This document shows, piece after piece, positions 30,623-39,985 of a stretch of 64,000 nt of DNA. A model generated the notes under the pieces. It saw only the letters and a program-made list of their open reading frames with translations, searched no databases and was not told the DNA's origin. The first letter of the stretch is position 1; every line of letters begins with the position of its first letter. The stretch lies in IMG/VR virus record IMGVR_UViG_3300008116_000173, positions 8,522 through 72,521 of that record; one strand, 5' to 3'. The position numbers and the translations under genes were made by a program. The DNA comes from a virus.

Positions 30623-31432
30623 TTAAATTAATTGTTTAATGTTAGTAATATTTAAATTATAATCTTCAATAATATCGGTAGCTATCCGTTGATTGCATGA
30701 ATTAACAGCATCAATTATATCACCAGGGTTAGTAATAATACCACCTTGATTAACAAAATTAATAGCTGCTTGTGTTTGGTCATAAACCCAGCTTATAAGT
30801 TGGTCATTTTGTATAAAATAACTACTTAATACACGGTATTCTACACCATATTTCTTCATCCTAAAATCACCAGCTTTACCATACATTTTCCTACGTTCAT
30901 TATCTGGGTCAATAAGTACACTAGGTACACCTAGGAATAAATCCATAGCCCTGATAATATCAATAGAAGTTTGATCATTAGGATTATCATAACCCACATG
31001 AATATGCATACCAGTAGTACGTAATGTATAATCACTACGATCTACCTGATGTTCTTCAAATGACCATGCATCATATGATTTACTACAACCCATATGCTGA
31101 GCTGCAGGATTGCTTAAATCATCTTCATTAAAACGTGCTGAAGCTACATAATGAGGTATTAATTCTAAAGGCTTTAATACTGTTTCAGTAATATAATTCT
31201 TTACAAAATTAATACTATTAATAAATTCAGTTTTAGTTGTAGCTGGCGGTATTGTAAATTCTAATGCCACGTTATCTTCTTGTAAAGAATAGCCTATATT
31301 TTCTTCATTAATAGGGATAGGTTTTTCTTTTGTACCACCAACTAAACCACATACAGGTACATATTTACCATAAAGTGGTGAGTATAAAAATAATTCAGGA
31401 TCTGTACCAATTTTTGCGTTATTAATTTTCAT
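30623..31432 (-). CDS. phiEco32-like COOH-NH2 ligase type 2
   Basis: IGTDPELF, GGTKEKP, QEDNVALEF, LRTTGMHIHVG, RRKMYGKAG.FR.K.YGVEYRVLS. Confidence 0.9.
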   Translation of the reverse strand: MKINNAKIGTDPELFLYSPLYGKYVPVCGLVGGTKEKPIPINEENIGYSLQEDNVALEFTIPPATTKTEFINSINFVKNYITETVLKPLELIPHYVASARFNEDDLSNPAAQHMGCSKSYDAWSFEEHQVDRSDYTLRTTGMHIHVGYDNPNDQTSIDIIRAMDLFLGVPSVLIDPDNERRKMYGKAGDFRMKKYGVEYRVLSSYFIQNDQLISWVYDQTQAAINFVNQGGIITNPGDIIDAVNSCNQRIATDIIEDYNLNITNIKQLI

Positions 31433-31437
31433 AGTTT

Positions 31438-32004
31438 TTAAATTAGTTTGTTAAAAATTTTAATTAAGCCACCACGTTTATTTACATATTGATCTACAAT
31501 AGCATATGATTGAGCTAAATAAGGTTCTAAAAGTAAATTAGCAGTATTATCAGCACTAACACTATATGTTACACATGTATAACCAAATAAATCAGCTAAA
31601 TCTTCAGCAATAGTTAATCCTAATTCAAAATATTCAGGATGTTTATTGCTGCCATACATACCATTTAATTCCATATTGTTAATAACTGCAGTTGAACAAT
31701 TACCAAATAATTCATTTACATTAAATCTTATATTTGATAATGGTCTATATTGTTCATATTCACTTTTAGTTTCATAAAAATAAATACGAAACTCATTATC
31801 AATAAAATGTGCATGAATAGTATTATTAGCTTTACTTATAACTCTTATATGTTTAGGCTTTATAATTTTACTATATTTTTCCTGAATTAATTTTGTAGCT
31901 AAAGATTCAATATAAAGATCTAATGCTTTTAAAAACATAGGTGCTTTGTGAGCATCCATACCACCATAATTTGATTTGATGTTTTTTATTTCATTTCTTT
32001 CCAT
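31438..32004 (-). CDS. Hypothetical protein, possibly GNAT-like fold
   Basis: GNCS...AEDLADLFGYTCVTYSV...YVNKRGG resembles phage GNAT-like proteins; located inside the ligase cluster. Confidence 0.45.
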   Translation of the reverse strand: MERNEIKNIKSNYGGMDAHKAPMFLKALDLYIESLATKLIQEKYSKIIKPKHIRVISKANNTIHAHFIDNEFRIYFYETKSEYEQYRPLSNIRFNVNELFGNCSTAVINNMELNGMYGSNKHPEYFELGLTIAEDLADLFGYTCVTYSVSADNTANLLLEPYLAQSYAIVDQYVNKRGGLIKIFNKLI

Positions 32005-32846
32005 TTTAAAATAATTAAATTTGTTAATTGTTGTAAATAATGTTTATGTGTTAATGTACCAAATGATGGTGCGCTACAACTTTCAATAATAATATATTCA
32101 CAAGATTTTCTTCTTTGACCTTTACTATTAGTTGCAGATTGTACTTTTACATCAAAAGCGCCTATATCTAAACCTAATTGTTTTAAAGCTTTAACACAAT
32201 CCTGTATAATATCATTAAAATTAATAGGTTCATCAAATTTTTCATTGTCTTGTAAAATCCATACACAGTTATCATCATGTCTTTGAAAACGTTTATTTTC
32301 AGGTGTATCATTTTTTAACATTTTACGACAGGTATAAAAACAACCATTTTCAGTAACATGTAAACGATATTCACGAGAATATGTATAGAATTTCTCAAAT
32401 ATATAATTACTTAAGTCCTTATCAGCCATCCATGCTTTTAGTTCTTCTGGTGTATTATGTTTTACATTACCAGTACCACGTGAACCATGTATATGTTTAG
32501 ATAACATAGGATATGGTAAATCATTAATAGATACTGAAATATTAAGTTTTTTATCTAAAAACATAATTTCTGAATTAGCACTATTAAAAGTATACCAATC
32601 TGCTGTTTTTATATTGGCTTGGTTAAAACATTGTTTCATTAGAAACTTATTAGCACTATTAATTATACCTTGTATAGAATTTATTTCTACTTGAGGTTTA
32701 AATATAGCACCACTTGTTGTAGAACCTAAGCGTATAACAGATCTGAATCTAAATAAAGGTAATTCACTACGTAAATTACTATGACTAGGATGTCTACTAA
32801 ATACTTTTGGTCTAAAAGCTGTTAATTTTTTCTTTTTAGTAATCAT
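31986..32846 (-). CDS. ATP-grasp ligase (RimK/phiEco32-like)
   Basis: NSANK, GSRGTG loop, REYRLHV, LGLDIGAFDV, IIESCSAPS. Confidence 0.85.
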   Translation of the reverse strand: MITKKKKLTAFRPKVFSRHPSHSNLRSELPLFRFRSVIRLGSTTSGAIFKPQVEINSIQGIINSANKFLMKQCFNQANIKTADWYTFNSANSEIMFLDKKLNISVSINDLPYPMLSKHIHGSRGTGNVKHNTPEELKAWMADKDLSNYIFEKFYTYSREYRLHVTENGCFYTCRKMLKNDTPENKRFQRHDDNCVWILQDNEKFDEPINFNDIIQDCVKALKQLGLDIGAFDVKVQSATNSKGQRRKSCEYIIIESCSAPSFGTLTHKHYLQQLTNLIILKWKEMK

Positions 32847-33613
32847 AAAAGTTTAAGGTTTTTTTGGTCTATCATAAAAAGATAATTTTTAGATTTAATC
32901 TGACAATATGTTGTAGAAGATACTTTACGTATATCACTTACAACATAATCAGTTTTTACATTTAAAGGAAGACGACCAGGATTAATTATATTAACTTTAC
33001 TACCTACAACTATTTTAGTAATTTTAGGTAAAGAATAACCTTTAAATAATTGTATAAAATTAGGTTCAACTAATTCTAAATCAGAAGCTACAAATTTTAA
33101 ACTTTTATTAATTTCAGGGTTATATACTTCAGCAATAGTTTGTGTTTCACCTGTTTCTTTACAAACATAATTGGTTAAAACTTTTGTAATTACAAATTGT
33201 TTACCAACCATACTTTGTTTGACATTTGTATATTTAAAAAGCTCACTAGATTTTTTAAAATCTACAACTTTAAATATTAAATTATCAAGTAAATTTTTAT
33301 AACCTGAAAGTTCAAGATGTGCAAATTGTATAGTATTATTAAAATTTATTAATGAATCAGTTCTAAATCTATGTATAAAATCTTTTAACTCAAATAATCT
33401 ATAATTTTTAGTAGAATTATCTAAAATTATTATAAAATTTTTCTCTTGATATTCAGGTTTAAATCTTATAATAAAAGCATTATAACCTTGTATTAAACTA
33501 TTATGTATATGACGATAAGCACCTGTTGCATATCTGACATATTCTACACGTGTATCTGTTAAAATTAATCGTTTTATATGTTCTGTTAAGTTATTAAAAT
33601 TGTTCATAATCAA
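32843..33613 (-). CDS. Hypothetical protein (possible SH3/KOW-like repeats)
   Basis: 256-aa ORF coupled to polB and the ATP-grasp gene. Confidence 0.6.
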   Translation of the reverse strand: MIMNNFNNLTEHIKRLILTDTRVEYVRYATGAYRHIHNSLIQGYNAFIIRFKPEYQEKNFIIILDNSTKNYRLFELKDFIHRFRTDSLINFNNTIQFAHLELSGYKNLLDNLIFKVVDFKKSSELFKYTNVKQSMVGKQFVITKVLTNYVCKETGETQTIAEVYNPEINKSLKFVASDLELVEPNFIQLFKGYSLPKITKIVVGSKVNIINPGRLPLNVKTDYVVSDIRKVSSTTYCQIKSKNYLFMIDQKNLKLL

Positions 33614-35513
33614 ATAATGTTAATTGTTTATCAATAATTAAATTTATTTCTTTATAACATTCTGTTACATAAAAATTATAATCAATATTATATTGAGCAA
33701 TTGGTTTTGCTACATATGTATTAAATATAGTTACTGTGTAACCTTTGTTAATTAATTCTGTAGTACCTTTTTTATAATGTTTTATAAATACAGCACCTTT
33801 GTTAGATATATAATATCTGACATTTTTTTGTTGTTTTTCTCTAATGATTTGTTCACCATTTAAATAATGAATTTCACTATGGTCACCTTCCCTGAATTTC
33901 TGTCTACCACAAAAATCATAAATATTGGTATGGTTTAATATTGTAGTTTCTACAGGTGTATTATTTACAAAATACTCTTGTAATGCTAAAGGTATAATCC
34001 TAAATGAATTATCCTTATGATAAGCTGGTTCACTACCAACTACTTTATCTACTTCAAACCTACCTTTATTTTTAATTTTACCTTTAGTAGATACAGCAAT
34101 ATAATTATTAACATCAGCAATAATCATTTTACTGTAATTCACATATTCAAGATTTAATTTAGTTTTAACTTCCCAATCTTTACACAATTGATAATATAAA
34201 GCTTCATCTGACTTTTTAAGTTTTACAGTAATACCATCAGTATTAACTTGTAAAACAGTCAGGTTACTTATAGTATCAACTAATGTTTCAGCAAGCAAGC
34301 TTAATAACAATTGACCATTTAATGTTATACTCATTGTAAACTTTGGGTCATATAAAAAGCTGTTAACATCATTAGATTTACCATATACACTATTAGCAGC
34401 AAGCTTAAATCCATCAGATAACACCATATTACCTGCTTTTTTAGCCTGCATACGTAAATCAATAATACCTTTATATACTTCAACAAAGTCCTGACCTAAA
34501 TGCTCAGGGTAAAATCCATTAGTAATAGCTAAATTAGGGTATAGTGAACCCACATCAGCATCAATAATAATAGTTTCATTATCAGCTTCATACACACCAG
34601 GTTTAATACAACCATGAATACCACCAGTACCATAATCATACTTAAAACCTTTATAAACAACAGATTCTGCAAAAGCACCTTTAGTATTATTTATGGTAGT
34701 TTGTTTAAAAGTATGTAGTAATGTGTTAAATTCTACAGAGTTAAACGTAATGTAAGGTAAAATAACGTCATTTAAGGCTATTTTTAGCCTATCTGAGCGT
34801 AGTTTTTTAACTTCATGTGTGTCAGTATCAGTTTTATCACAATAAAGCTTTAAAATCAATTGTTCGCCTATTTTACTATCAGACCAGTTTAAGCATGGTA
34901 TGTTATAGGTGTTCATTAAAGATTTGCGTAATTCAATTTTAGGTAATGATTTCTTATAAAATTCATAAGTAGCCATAACATCATTAAGGTTATAGGCTAA
35001 TATACCTGCAATTTCTTCAGCTGTAATATTAGTTCTGGTATGTTCTATTGGCATTTCCATAACATTAGGGTAGTTCATGCTAATCTCTAAGGATTTTAAG
35101 CTTGTACTCCTGGCTTTGTTATTATAATGCCATAGTTTAAATAGATCTAATTGAGGTATTAATACTTCAGAGTGTTTAACTGCTACAACATTGTGGAATT
35201 TATCTTGTATTTGTTCCTGTATAATTTGTTGAGCTTTAAGGTAAAGGCCATCAACGATTTCATAAGGGTTATTTTTAACTCTATAACTCCTTGTTGTTAT
35301 CAATTTATGAATAACAGGATAGTCAAAATTAACATTATTAAAACCTATGTGGCCTTTACATATTTTCAAATGCTTTAACAGTTCTTTACAATCATTCCTA
35401 TCCTTATGTATAACATATTGCACAGTTTCATGTGTATCAATGTTATACGCTGTATAGGTAAAACAACTAGCTAATGTTTCAATATCATATACCCATACAT
35501 TTCTGTTATCCAT
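33594..35513 (-). CDS. polB: Family B DNA polymerase with 3'-5' exonuclease
   Basis: YDIET, FNNVNFD, YNLNDV (exonuclease); DADVGSLYPN, KLAANSVYGKS, VNTDG (polymerase). Confidence 0.92.
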   Translation of the reverse strand: MDNRNVWVYDIETLASCFTYTAYNIDTHETVQYVIHKDRNDCKELLKHLKICKGHIGFNNVNFDYPVIHKLITTRSYRVKNNPYEIVDGLYLKAQQIIQEQIQDKFHNVVAVKHSEVLIPQLDLFKLWHYNNKARSTSLKSLEISMNYPNVMEMPIEHTRTNITAEEIAGILAYNLNDVMATYEFYKKSLPKIELRKSLMNTYNIPCLNWSDSKIGEQLILKLYCDKTDTDTHEVKKLRSDRLKIALNDVILPYITFNSVEFNTLLHTFKQTTINNTKGAFAESVVYKGFKYDYGTGGIHGCIKPGVYEADNETIIIDADVGSLYPNLAITNGFYPEHLGQDFVEVYKGIIDLRMQAKKAGNMVLSDGFKLAANSVYGKSNDVNSFLYDPKFTMSITLNGQLLLSLLAETLVDTISNLTVLQVNTDGITVKLKKSDEALYYQLCKDWEVKTKLNLEYVNYSKMIIADVNNYIAVSTKGKIKNKGRFEVDKVVGSEPAYHKDNSFRIIPLALQEYFVNNTPVETTILNHTNIYDFCGRQKFREGDHSEIHYLNGEQIIREKQQKNVRYYISNKGAVFIKHYKKGTTELINKGYTVTIFNTYVAKPIAQYNIDYNFYVTECYKEINLIIDKQLTLFDYEQF

Positions 35514-35515
35514 AT

Positions 35516-35695
35516 TTAGTTTTTATTTATATTTTTAGTTTCTTTAATAAGTTCATTAGCATCTCTAAGTGCTAATTCATAACCTTTTAAAAAACCTATA
35601 ACATATGCACTTCTTTCAACTTCAGTATTATCTTCCATACCATAAGTTTGTACAGCTGCATATTTAGCTGCTGATTTTAATTCTTCTAAATTCAT
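35516..35695 (-). CDS. Small hypothetical protein (59 aa, not in the ORF track)
   Basis: ATG at 35695 to TAA at 35516, MNLEELKSAAKYAAVQTYG...; fills the gap with an overlap to the upstream gene. Confidence 0.6.
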   Translation of the reverse strand: MNLEELKSAAKYAAVQTYGMEDNTEVERSAYVIGFLKGYELALRDANELIKETKNINKN

Positions 35696-35997
35696 AATTT
35701 ATCTATTAAACATGTTGATTTGTTGTGTGAATTAGCATAACCACCACAATAAGGGCATTTAACTTCTAAAGGACCTGTAATAGAAGCATATACTTTACCT
35801 TGATATAATGGTACATTATGATAATATTCAGGATGTGTAAATTCATCTATATAATTGTAATCTACTCTTACATTATCTAAATGTGTTTGTGCTTCATTAA
35901 GTGCTGGTATTTCAGTAAAATGTACTTCAAACCTTTGTTTGTTGTATTCATCTTCAATAAACCAGTTATCTTTAATTTTATGTAATCTACCTTTCAT
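35692..35997 (-). CDS. Hypothetical protein with CPYC motif
   Basis: ORF with ATGA-type overlaps. Confidence 0.6.
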   Translation of the reverse strand: MKGRLHKIKDNWFIEDEYNKQRFEVHFTEIPALNEAQTHLDNVRVDYNYIDEFTHPEYYHNVPLYQGKVYASITGPLEVKCPYCGGYANSHNKSTCLIDKL

Positions 35998-36200
35998 AGT
36001 TTTTCTATTTCTTGTTTGACTTTAGTCCAAAATTCATATCCTCTATCAGCACCCATGTAACCTAATACTTCATTACAAGTTATTAAAGCACATTCTTTAG
36101 CATTTTCTAGCGAAAGAGTGGTGTATTGAGCTTGCTCCCATTTAATTCCGAGATATCCAAACTTTTGACATAGTTGGAGTGCTTTTTCTCTTGGTGTCAT
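35994..36200 (-). CDS. Small hypothetical phage protein (MTPREKA...WTKVKQEIEKL family)
   Basis: Recurrent small protein pattern of Bacteroidota phages; overlap-coupled. Confidence 0.65.
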   Translation of the reverse strand: MTPREKALQLCQKFGYLGIKWEQAQYTTLSLENAKECALITCNEVLGYMGADRGYEFWTKVKQEIEKL

Positions 36201-36877
36201 ATTTCAAATATATTTCCGTTATATGTTAAACCTAAATCAAATCTTCTATCAGTTACTCCTGCTGCATTACTAAATGTAATACCATAGTCAGGTAAATATC
36301 TGAATCCAGTATTGATTATATCTTCAAAGTTGTGAATGTGTCCTGATAAAAAGTATTTTGGTTTAATTCTATCCAAAACATGTTTGCGCAAAGCACCATC
36401 ACCACAAAACTCTAATACATTTTGTCTATTTCGAGATAAATCCAATATACCTTTGCATGGACCATGCACTGCAACTATATCCATTCCTTCAGGTATTTGT
36501 TCCCAAACACGGTTTATAGTTTCTCTTGATTTCATAAAAGCCCAATTACCAAATGTTGGTGTGAATGGACTACCAAATATCTTTATACCATTTACATCCA
36601 TCCAATCGTGATTGAGTAAATGAATGCCACGAGATATAAAATCAGATACTTTAACCAAACCACGTTCAATTGAAGTATCATGATTACCTGGAATGAAGAT
36701 TTTGTTTGGTATAGGTACTTGTTCATACCAATCTATAAACTTACGAACTTCATTTTCATTAGGAAATGGGTCTTTGTGATTACTACAATCGCCTGTATGA
36801 ATAACCAAGTCAATATCTTCAGGTATAACAAGTCGGAGGTGAAATCCGTGTGTATCTGATATGTGCCAAATTTTCAT
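36197..36877 (-). CDS. Calcineurin-like metallophosphoesterase
   Basis: ISDTHG, HTGD, PGNHD, VHGP, SGHIH. Confidence 0.9.
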   Translation of the reverse strand: MKIWHISDTHGFHLRLVIPEDIDLVIHTGDCSNHKDPFPNENEVRKFIDWYEQVPIPNKIFIPGNHDTSIERGLVKVSDFISRGIHLLNHDWMDVNGIKIFGSPFTPTFGNWAFMKSRETINRVWEQIPEGMDIVAVHGPCKGILDLSRNRQNVLEFCGDGALRKHVLDRIKPKYFLSGHIHNFEDIINTGFRYLPDYGITFSNAAGVTDRRFDLGLTYNGNIFEI

Positions 36878-36879
36878 AA

Positions 36880-37140
36880 TTACATATAGTTTTGATTATA
36901 GTATTCTTCAAATGTTAAAGATTCAGTATTACCTTTAACCATATTAAATGCTGATTGACCACCTGCAATAAAAGATTTATGCATTTGTTGTTTACTTTTA
37001 GTAAGTGCTTTATTAGCAAGTAAACGCCAATTACTATTTAATTCAAAACTTGACATTTTATTAAGTTCATCAATAAACCATTGTACAGCTAATTGTTCAC
37101 AATCAGTTTCTGTATCATGTGCTTGGCAAGGTGTTTTCAT
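36880..37140 (-). CDS. Small hypothetical protein
   Basis: QLAVQWF...FEEYYNQNY pattern. Confidence 0.6.
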   Translation of the reverse strand: MKTPCQAHDTETDCEQLAVQWFIDELNKMSSFELNSNWRLLANKALTKSKQQMHKSFIAGGQSAFNMVKGNTESLTFEEYYNQNYM

Positions 37141-37336
37141 TTGATTCTTGTGTTTTAAGTGATTCTTCTCTAAGTTTATGACTAGCTACATCTAAAAATG
37201 CATTTAAATATGTACCACGTATACGTTTACTTTCATATAGTTGTTTTAATTCATCTAATGATAAAGCCATGTATTCATGGTATTTTTTAACATATGCATT
37301 ATATTTTGCTATTTTATCTTTTTTAGTGAGTTTCAT
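37115..37336 (-). CDS. Small hypothetical protein
   Basis: ORF in the early-gene array. Confidence 0.55.
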   Translation of the reverse strand: MKLTKKDKIAKYNAYVKKYHEYMALSLDELKQLYESKRIRGTYLNAFLDVASHKLREESLKTQESNENTLPST

Positions 37337-37586
37337 AGATTTTCCATTTTATTTTTAAGTTTTTATTTTGTGTTAGCATATTACCTATTATATTTTTAGT
37401 TTCATTTTTAGATAATGAGCCTATAAACTTTTTAAAATATAACACATTAAATAATATATAATACCTATAAACATCACAATCACTGTAGCGTAAATCTAAG
37501 TATATAAATTCTTTAACTAAAATGGTATCAGACTTTTTTAATAAATTTTGTTTTAATTTATTTAATATTTTAATCATTTGTTTCAT
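37323..37586 (-). CDS. Small hypothetical protein
   Basis: ORF in the early-gene array. Confidence 0.5.
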   Translation of the reverse strand: MKQMIKILNKLKQNLLKKSDTILVKEFIYLDLRYSDCDVYRYYILFNVLYFKKFIGSLSKNETKNIIGNMLTQNKNLKIKWKIYETH

Positions 37587-37779
37587 TTTGATTTAGTTTA
37601 GGTAGTTTAAATCTATTATTATTTCTATCAATATGCCCATTGTTATAATCATCTATACGTTGAGCAAGTTCCATTTTTTTGGCTTGTAAAATTGTTTTGT
37701 ATGCATCTTCAATAGGCATACTTAAAAATGGCTTAATTTCTTCAATTAGAAATTCTACTGCTGTTTGTTTATTTTTCAT
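37570..37779 (-). CDS. Small hypothetical protein (QTAVE...QAK.ME family)
   Basis: KQTAVEFL...QAKKME...I.D.Y pattern, loosely related to 36880..37140. Confidence 0.6.
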   Translation of the reverse strand: MKNKQTAVEFLIEEIKPFLSMPIEDAYKTILQAKKMELAQRIDDYNNGHIDRNNNRFKLPKLNQNETND

Positions 37780-37966
37780 TGCGTATATTTTTTAAAGTAT
37801 TTCGAATAAATTGTGTATTTTCACCCCAATACATTTCGCATTTACCATCATTGATTGGTGGTTCTACAAAATATGATTGGTAATATTCATTTGCTTTAAC
37901 TGTGAATCTATAGCAAGAGTCTTTAATAGAACATCCTTCACCATTACATTTAGTTATATCTGCCAT
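37769..37966 (-). CDS. Small Cys-rich protein (MADITKC...C...CYRF family)
   Basis: Four Cys and a YQSYF motif. Confidence 0.65.
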   Translation of the reverse strand: MADITKCNGEGCSIKDSCYRFTVKANEYYQSYFVEPPINDGKCEMYWGENTQFIRNTLKNIRNEK

Positions 37967-37996
37967 TGTTTTGTTGTTTTACAATTTATTTTAGTT

Positions 37997-38854
37997 TTAA
38001 AATATGTATCTAATTGTATTCCAAGGTATTATACTATCATGTAATTCTTTAAACTGTTCAATAAACTCAGTTTTTAAATAATGTTTATACCTTATATTTT
38101 TACCACCATATTGTGATATTTTATCTTCTTGAATATCTGGTTGCCATAATAATTCTTCACCAGGTATATTATTAATGATATTATATTGATGTTTATTAAC
38201 ATTATGTGTAAGGAATATAACTTCACATTTAACCATGTCTTTATAATCAACATAATCATTAACCATTTGAAATAAATATTCATAATCTTCAAGCCAATTA
38301 TGATATACTACGACAGGACTAAAATTAATATGTACATCATAACCAGCATCAATAAATGCATCAATAGCTTTAATTCTATCTATTATTTCAGATGTATTAG
38401 GTTCTAATATATCAGATATATTTTGTGGCATAAGACTAAATCTAATCCTTACTTTAAATTCAGGATCAAATGTTGTTAATGTAGGATTAACATATTTAGT
38501 AGCAAATGAACCAAAAGCTTTGGGATGTTCTTTAAAGAATTTAAATATATATTCCCATTTGTGGTATTTAGCATGTAATGCAAAATCTTCATTACATGAT
38601 ATGTCATAAGTAATGTATTCTGAATGTGTTTGATTAGGTTTTGATACGTCAGCTAAAAACCAGACGTGATTATTTATAGCATCAAGTATTTGACTTGCAT
38701 TATTAGCTATATCTAACCCATCTGGTTTATGCCTTTTCATATAACAATAACCACAATTGTACAGACATCCATAACCAAAACTAGGACTAATATAATCAGT
38801 TGACCTACCACTAGGTCTGATTATCATTGATTTTCTTGTTAATTGTTTTAACAT
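37997..38854 (-). CDS. Spore photoproduct lyase-like radical SAM protein
   Basis: GCLYNCGYCY (CxxxCxxC), DISCNED (Cys at an SPL C141-like position), FATK.VN, RIRFSLMP, EP.TS.I.DRI.AI, GY.VHINFSPV. Confidence 0.8.
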   Translation of the reverse strand: MLKQLTRKSMIIRPSGRSTDYISPSFGYGCLYNCGYCYMKRHKPDGLDIANNASQILDAINNHVWFLADVSKPNQTHSEYITYDISCNEDFALHAKYHKWEYIFKFFKEHPKAFGSFATKYVNPTLTTFDPEFKVRIRFSLMPQNISDILEPNTSEIIDRIKAIDAFIDAGYDVHINFSPVVVYHNWLEDYEYLFQMVNDYVDYKDMVKCEVIFLTHNVNKHQYNIINNIPGEELLWQPDIQEDKISQYGGKNIRYKHYLKTEFIEQFKELHDSIIPWNTIRYIF

Positions 38855-38868
38855 AATTTATTTTTTAG

Positions 38869-38936
38869 TAGTCAGGGCAGGTCCGAGCTGCATCTCTCAT
38901 CTACTATGATGAGGCGTTACCTTACGCCACCTGACT
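38869..38936 (-). ncRNA. Degenerate tRNA-like cloverleaf element (pseudo-tRNA)
   Basis: Minus strand AGTCAGG-TG-GCGT AAGGTA ACGC-CTCATC ATAGTA GATGAG-AGAT-GCAG CTCGGAC CTGC-CCTGACT-A. Four perfect stems, but the anticodon loop and T-loop are non-canonical. Confidence 0.6.
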
Positions 38937-38947
38937 AACATTATTGA

Positions 38948-39136
38948 TTACTCAATAATTTCTTGTTTATTAATTACTTTAACTAACATTTTACCTATCC
39001 CCATCCATGATGAAGGTGCAAATTCATTTTTATCTGGATTTGTGGTATTAGTAGGTATAAATAATACCCAACCTACTACTGATAATGCAGCTAAAAATGT
39101 TAATAATAGCCATATAATAAAACACCATTGTTTCAT
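38948..39136 (-). CDS. Small membrane protein
   Basis: Hydrophobic N-terminal helix. Confidence 0.55.
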   Translation of the reverse strand: MKQWCFIIWLLLTFLAALSVVGWVLFIPTNTTNPDKNEFAPSSWMGIGKMLVKVINKQEIIE

Positions 39137-39137
39137 A

Positions 39138-39413
39138 TTAGTATGTTATTATAACTTGGTTATTATTAATAGTTAAAGATTTAATATTAAAACGTAATTC
39201 ACGTGTTGTTGTATTTGATACAACAGGTGTAATACGGCTTATAGTACGTTTAGATGATACATTATTCATCTTATGTAGTTTTGATGCTATACTGCTATAA
39301 GTACGTTTATATGTAAGCATATGCATTTTAATAGCATTTAAACGTGATTTACCTTTAAGTGTATTGATAATGTTTAATTGTTTTATTTCTGAATTTGTGA
39401 ATTGTTGACGCAT
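39138..39413 (-). CDS. Small basic hypothetical protein (possible HTH)
   Basis: FTNSEIKQL...RTYSSIASKL pattern. Confidence 0.55.
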   Translation of the reverse strand: MRQQFTNSEIKQLNIINTLKGKSRLNAIKMHMLTYKRTYSSIASKLHKMNNVSSKRTISRITPVVSNTTTRELRFNIKSLTINNNQVIITY

Positions 39414-39436
39414 GATTATGTATAATTAATAATTAA

Positions 39437-39471
39437 TAAAAAATAGGGTAGTATATTTCAACTACCCTATT
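39437..39471 (-). terminator. Intrinsic terminator
   Basis: AATAGGGTAGT (39442-52) / ACTACCCTATT (39461-71) with a T-run on the minus strand. Confidence 0.8.
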
Positions 39472-39480
39472 ACGTGATTA

Positions 39481-39939
39481 TTATGCATTTAAAGCAACTG
39501 TCCTAGTTGCAGCTTGAAATGCTTTAATTTCAGCGGTATTATTATGCTGAATTAATGTATCAACTACACTTAAATCATCAACATATTCAGTACGACGATA
39601 AATAGGTTGACCATTAAATGTACAAGTTGGTGCATTTTCAGCATTACCAGCACGTTTAAGTTGTGAACCTAATTCTTTAGTTAGTGTTTCAACCACAATG
39701 ATATTACCACTCATTTCCATACCTGGTACAAGAAATGTTTTAGCTTTTTCATAAGCTTCTAAAGATATAGATTTTAAAGCTGTACGTACTTTAACGCTAG
39801 CAACGCTAGATGACATATCTACAACTTGTTGTTCTAGACGTAAATAGCCATAAACTTTACCATCTTTACCTAAAGATTCATTAGCTGTGAATACTGTGCC
39901 TGTTGAAGGATTTACTGTTAATTTTACATTTGATTTCAT
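39481..39939 (-). CDS. Early protein, possibly OB-fold/SSB-like
   Basis: Beta-rich 152 aa with a GQPIYRRT motif and its own terminator. The fold call is tentative. Confidence 0.5.
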   Translation of the reverse strand: MKSNVKLTVNPSTGTVFTANESLGKDGKVYGYLRLEQQVVDMSSSVASVKVRTALKSISLEAYEKAKTFLVPGMEMSGNIIVVETLTKELGSQLKRAGNAENAPTCTFNGQPIYRRTEYVDDLSVVDTLIQHNNTAEIKAFQAATRTVALNA

Positions 39940-39985
39940 AATTTTTGTTTTTTAATTGTTTTTGATTGGTTAGTTAATTAATTGA

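Noticed and set aside
38869-38936. Functional decoding tRNA
   Set aside because: No 7-nt anticodon loop, no TTC in the T-loop and no assignable anticodon; reported as tRNA-like instead.
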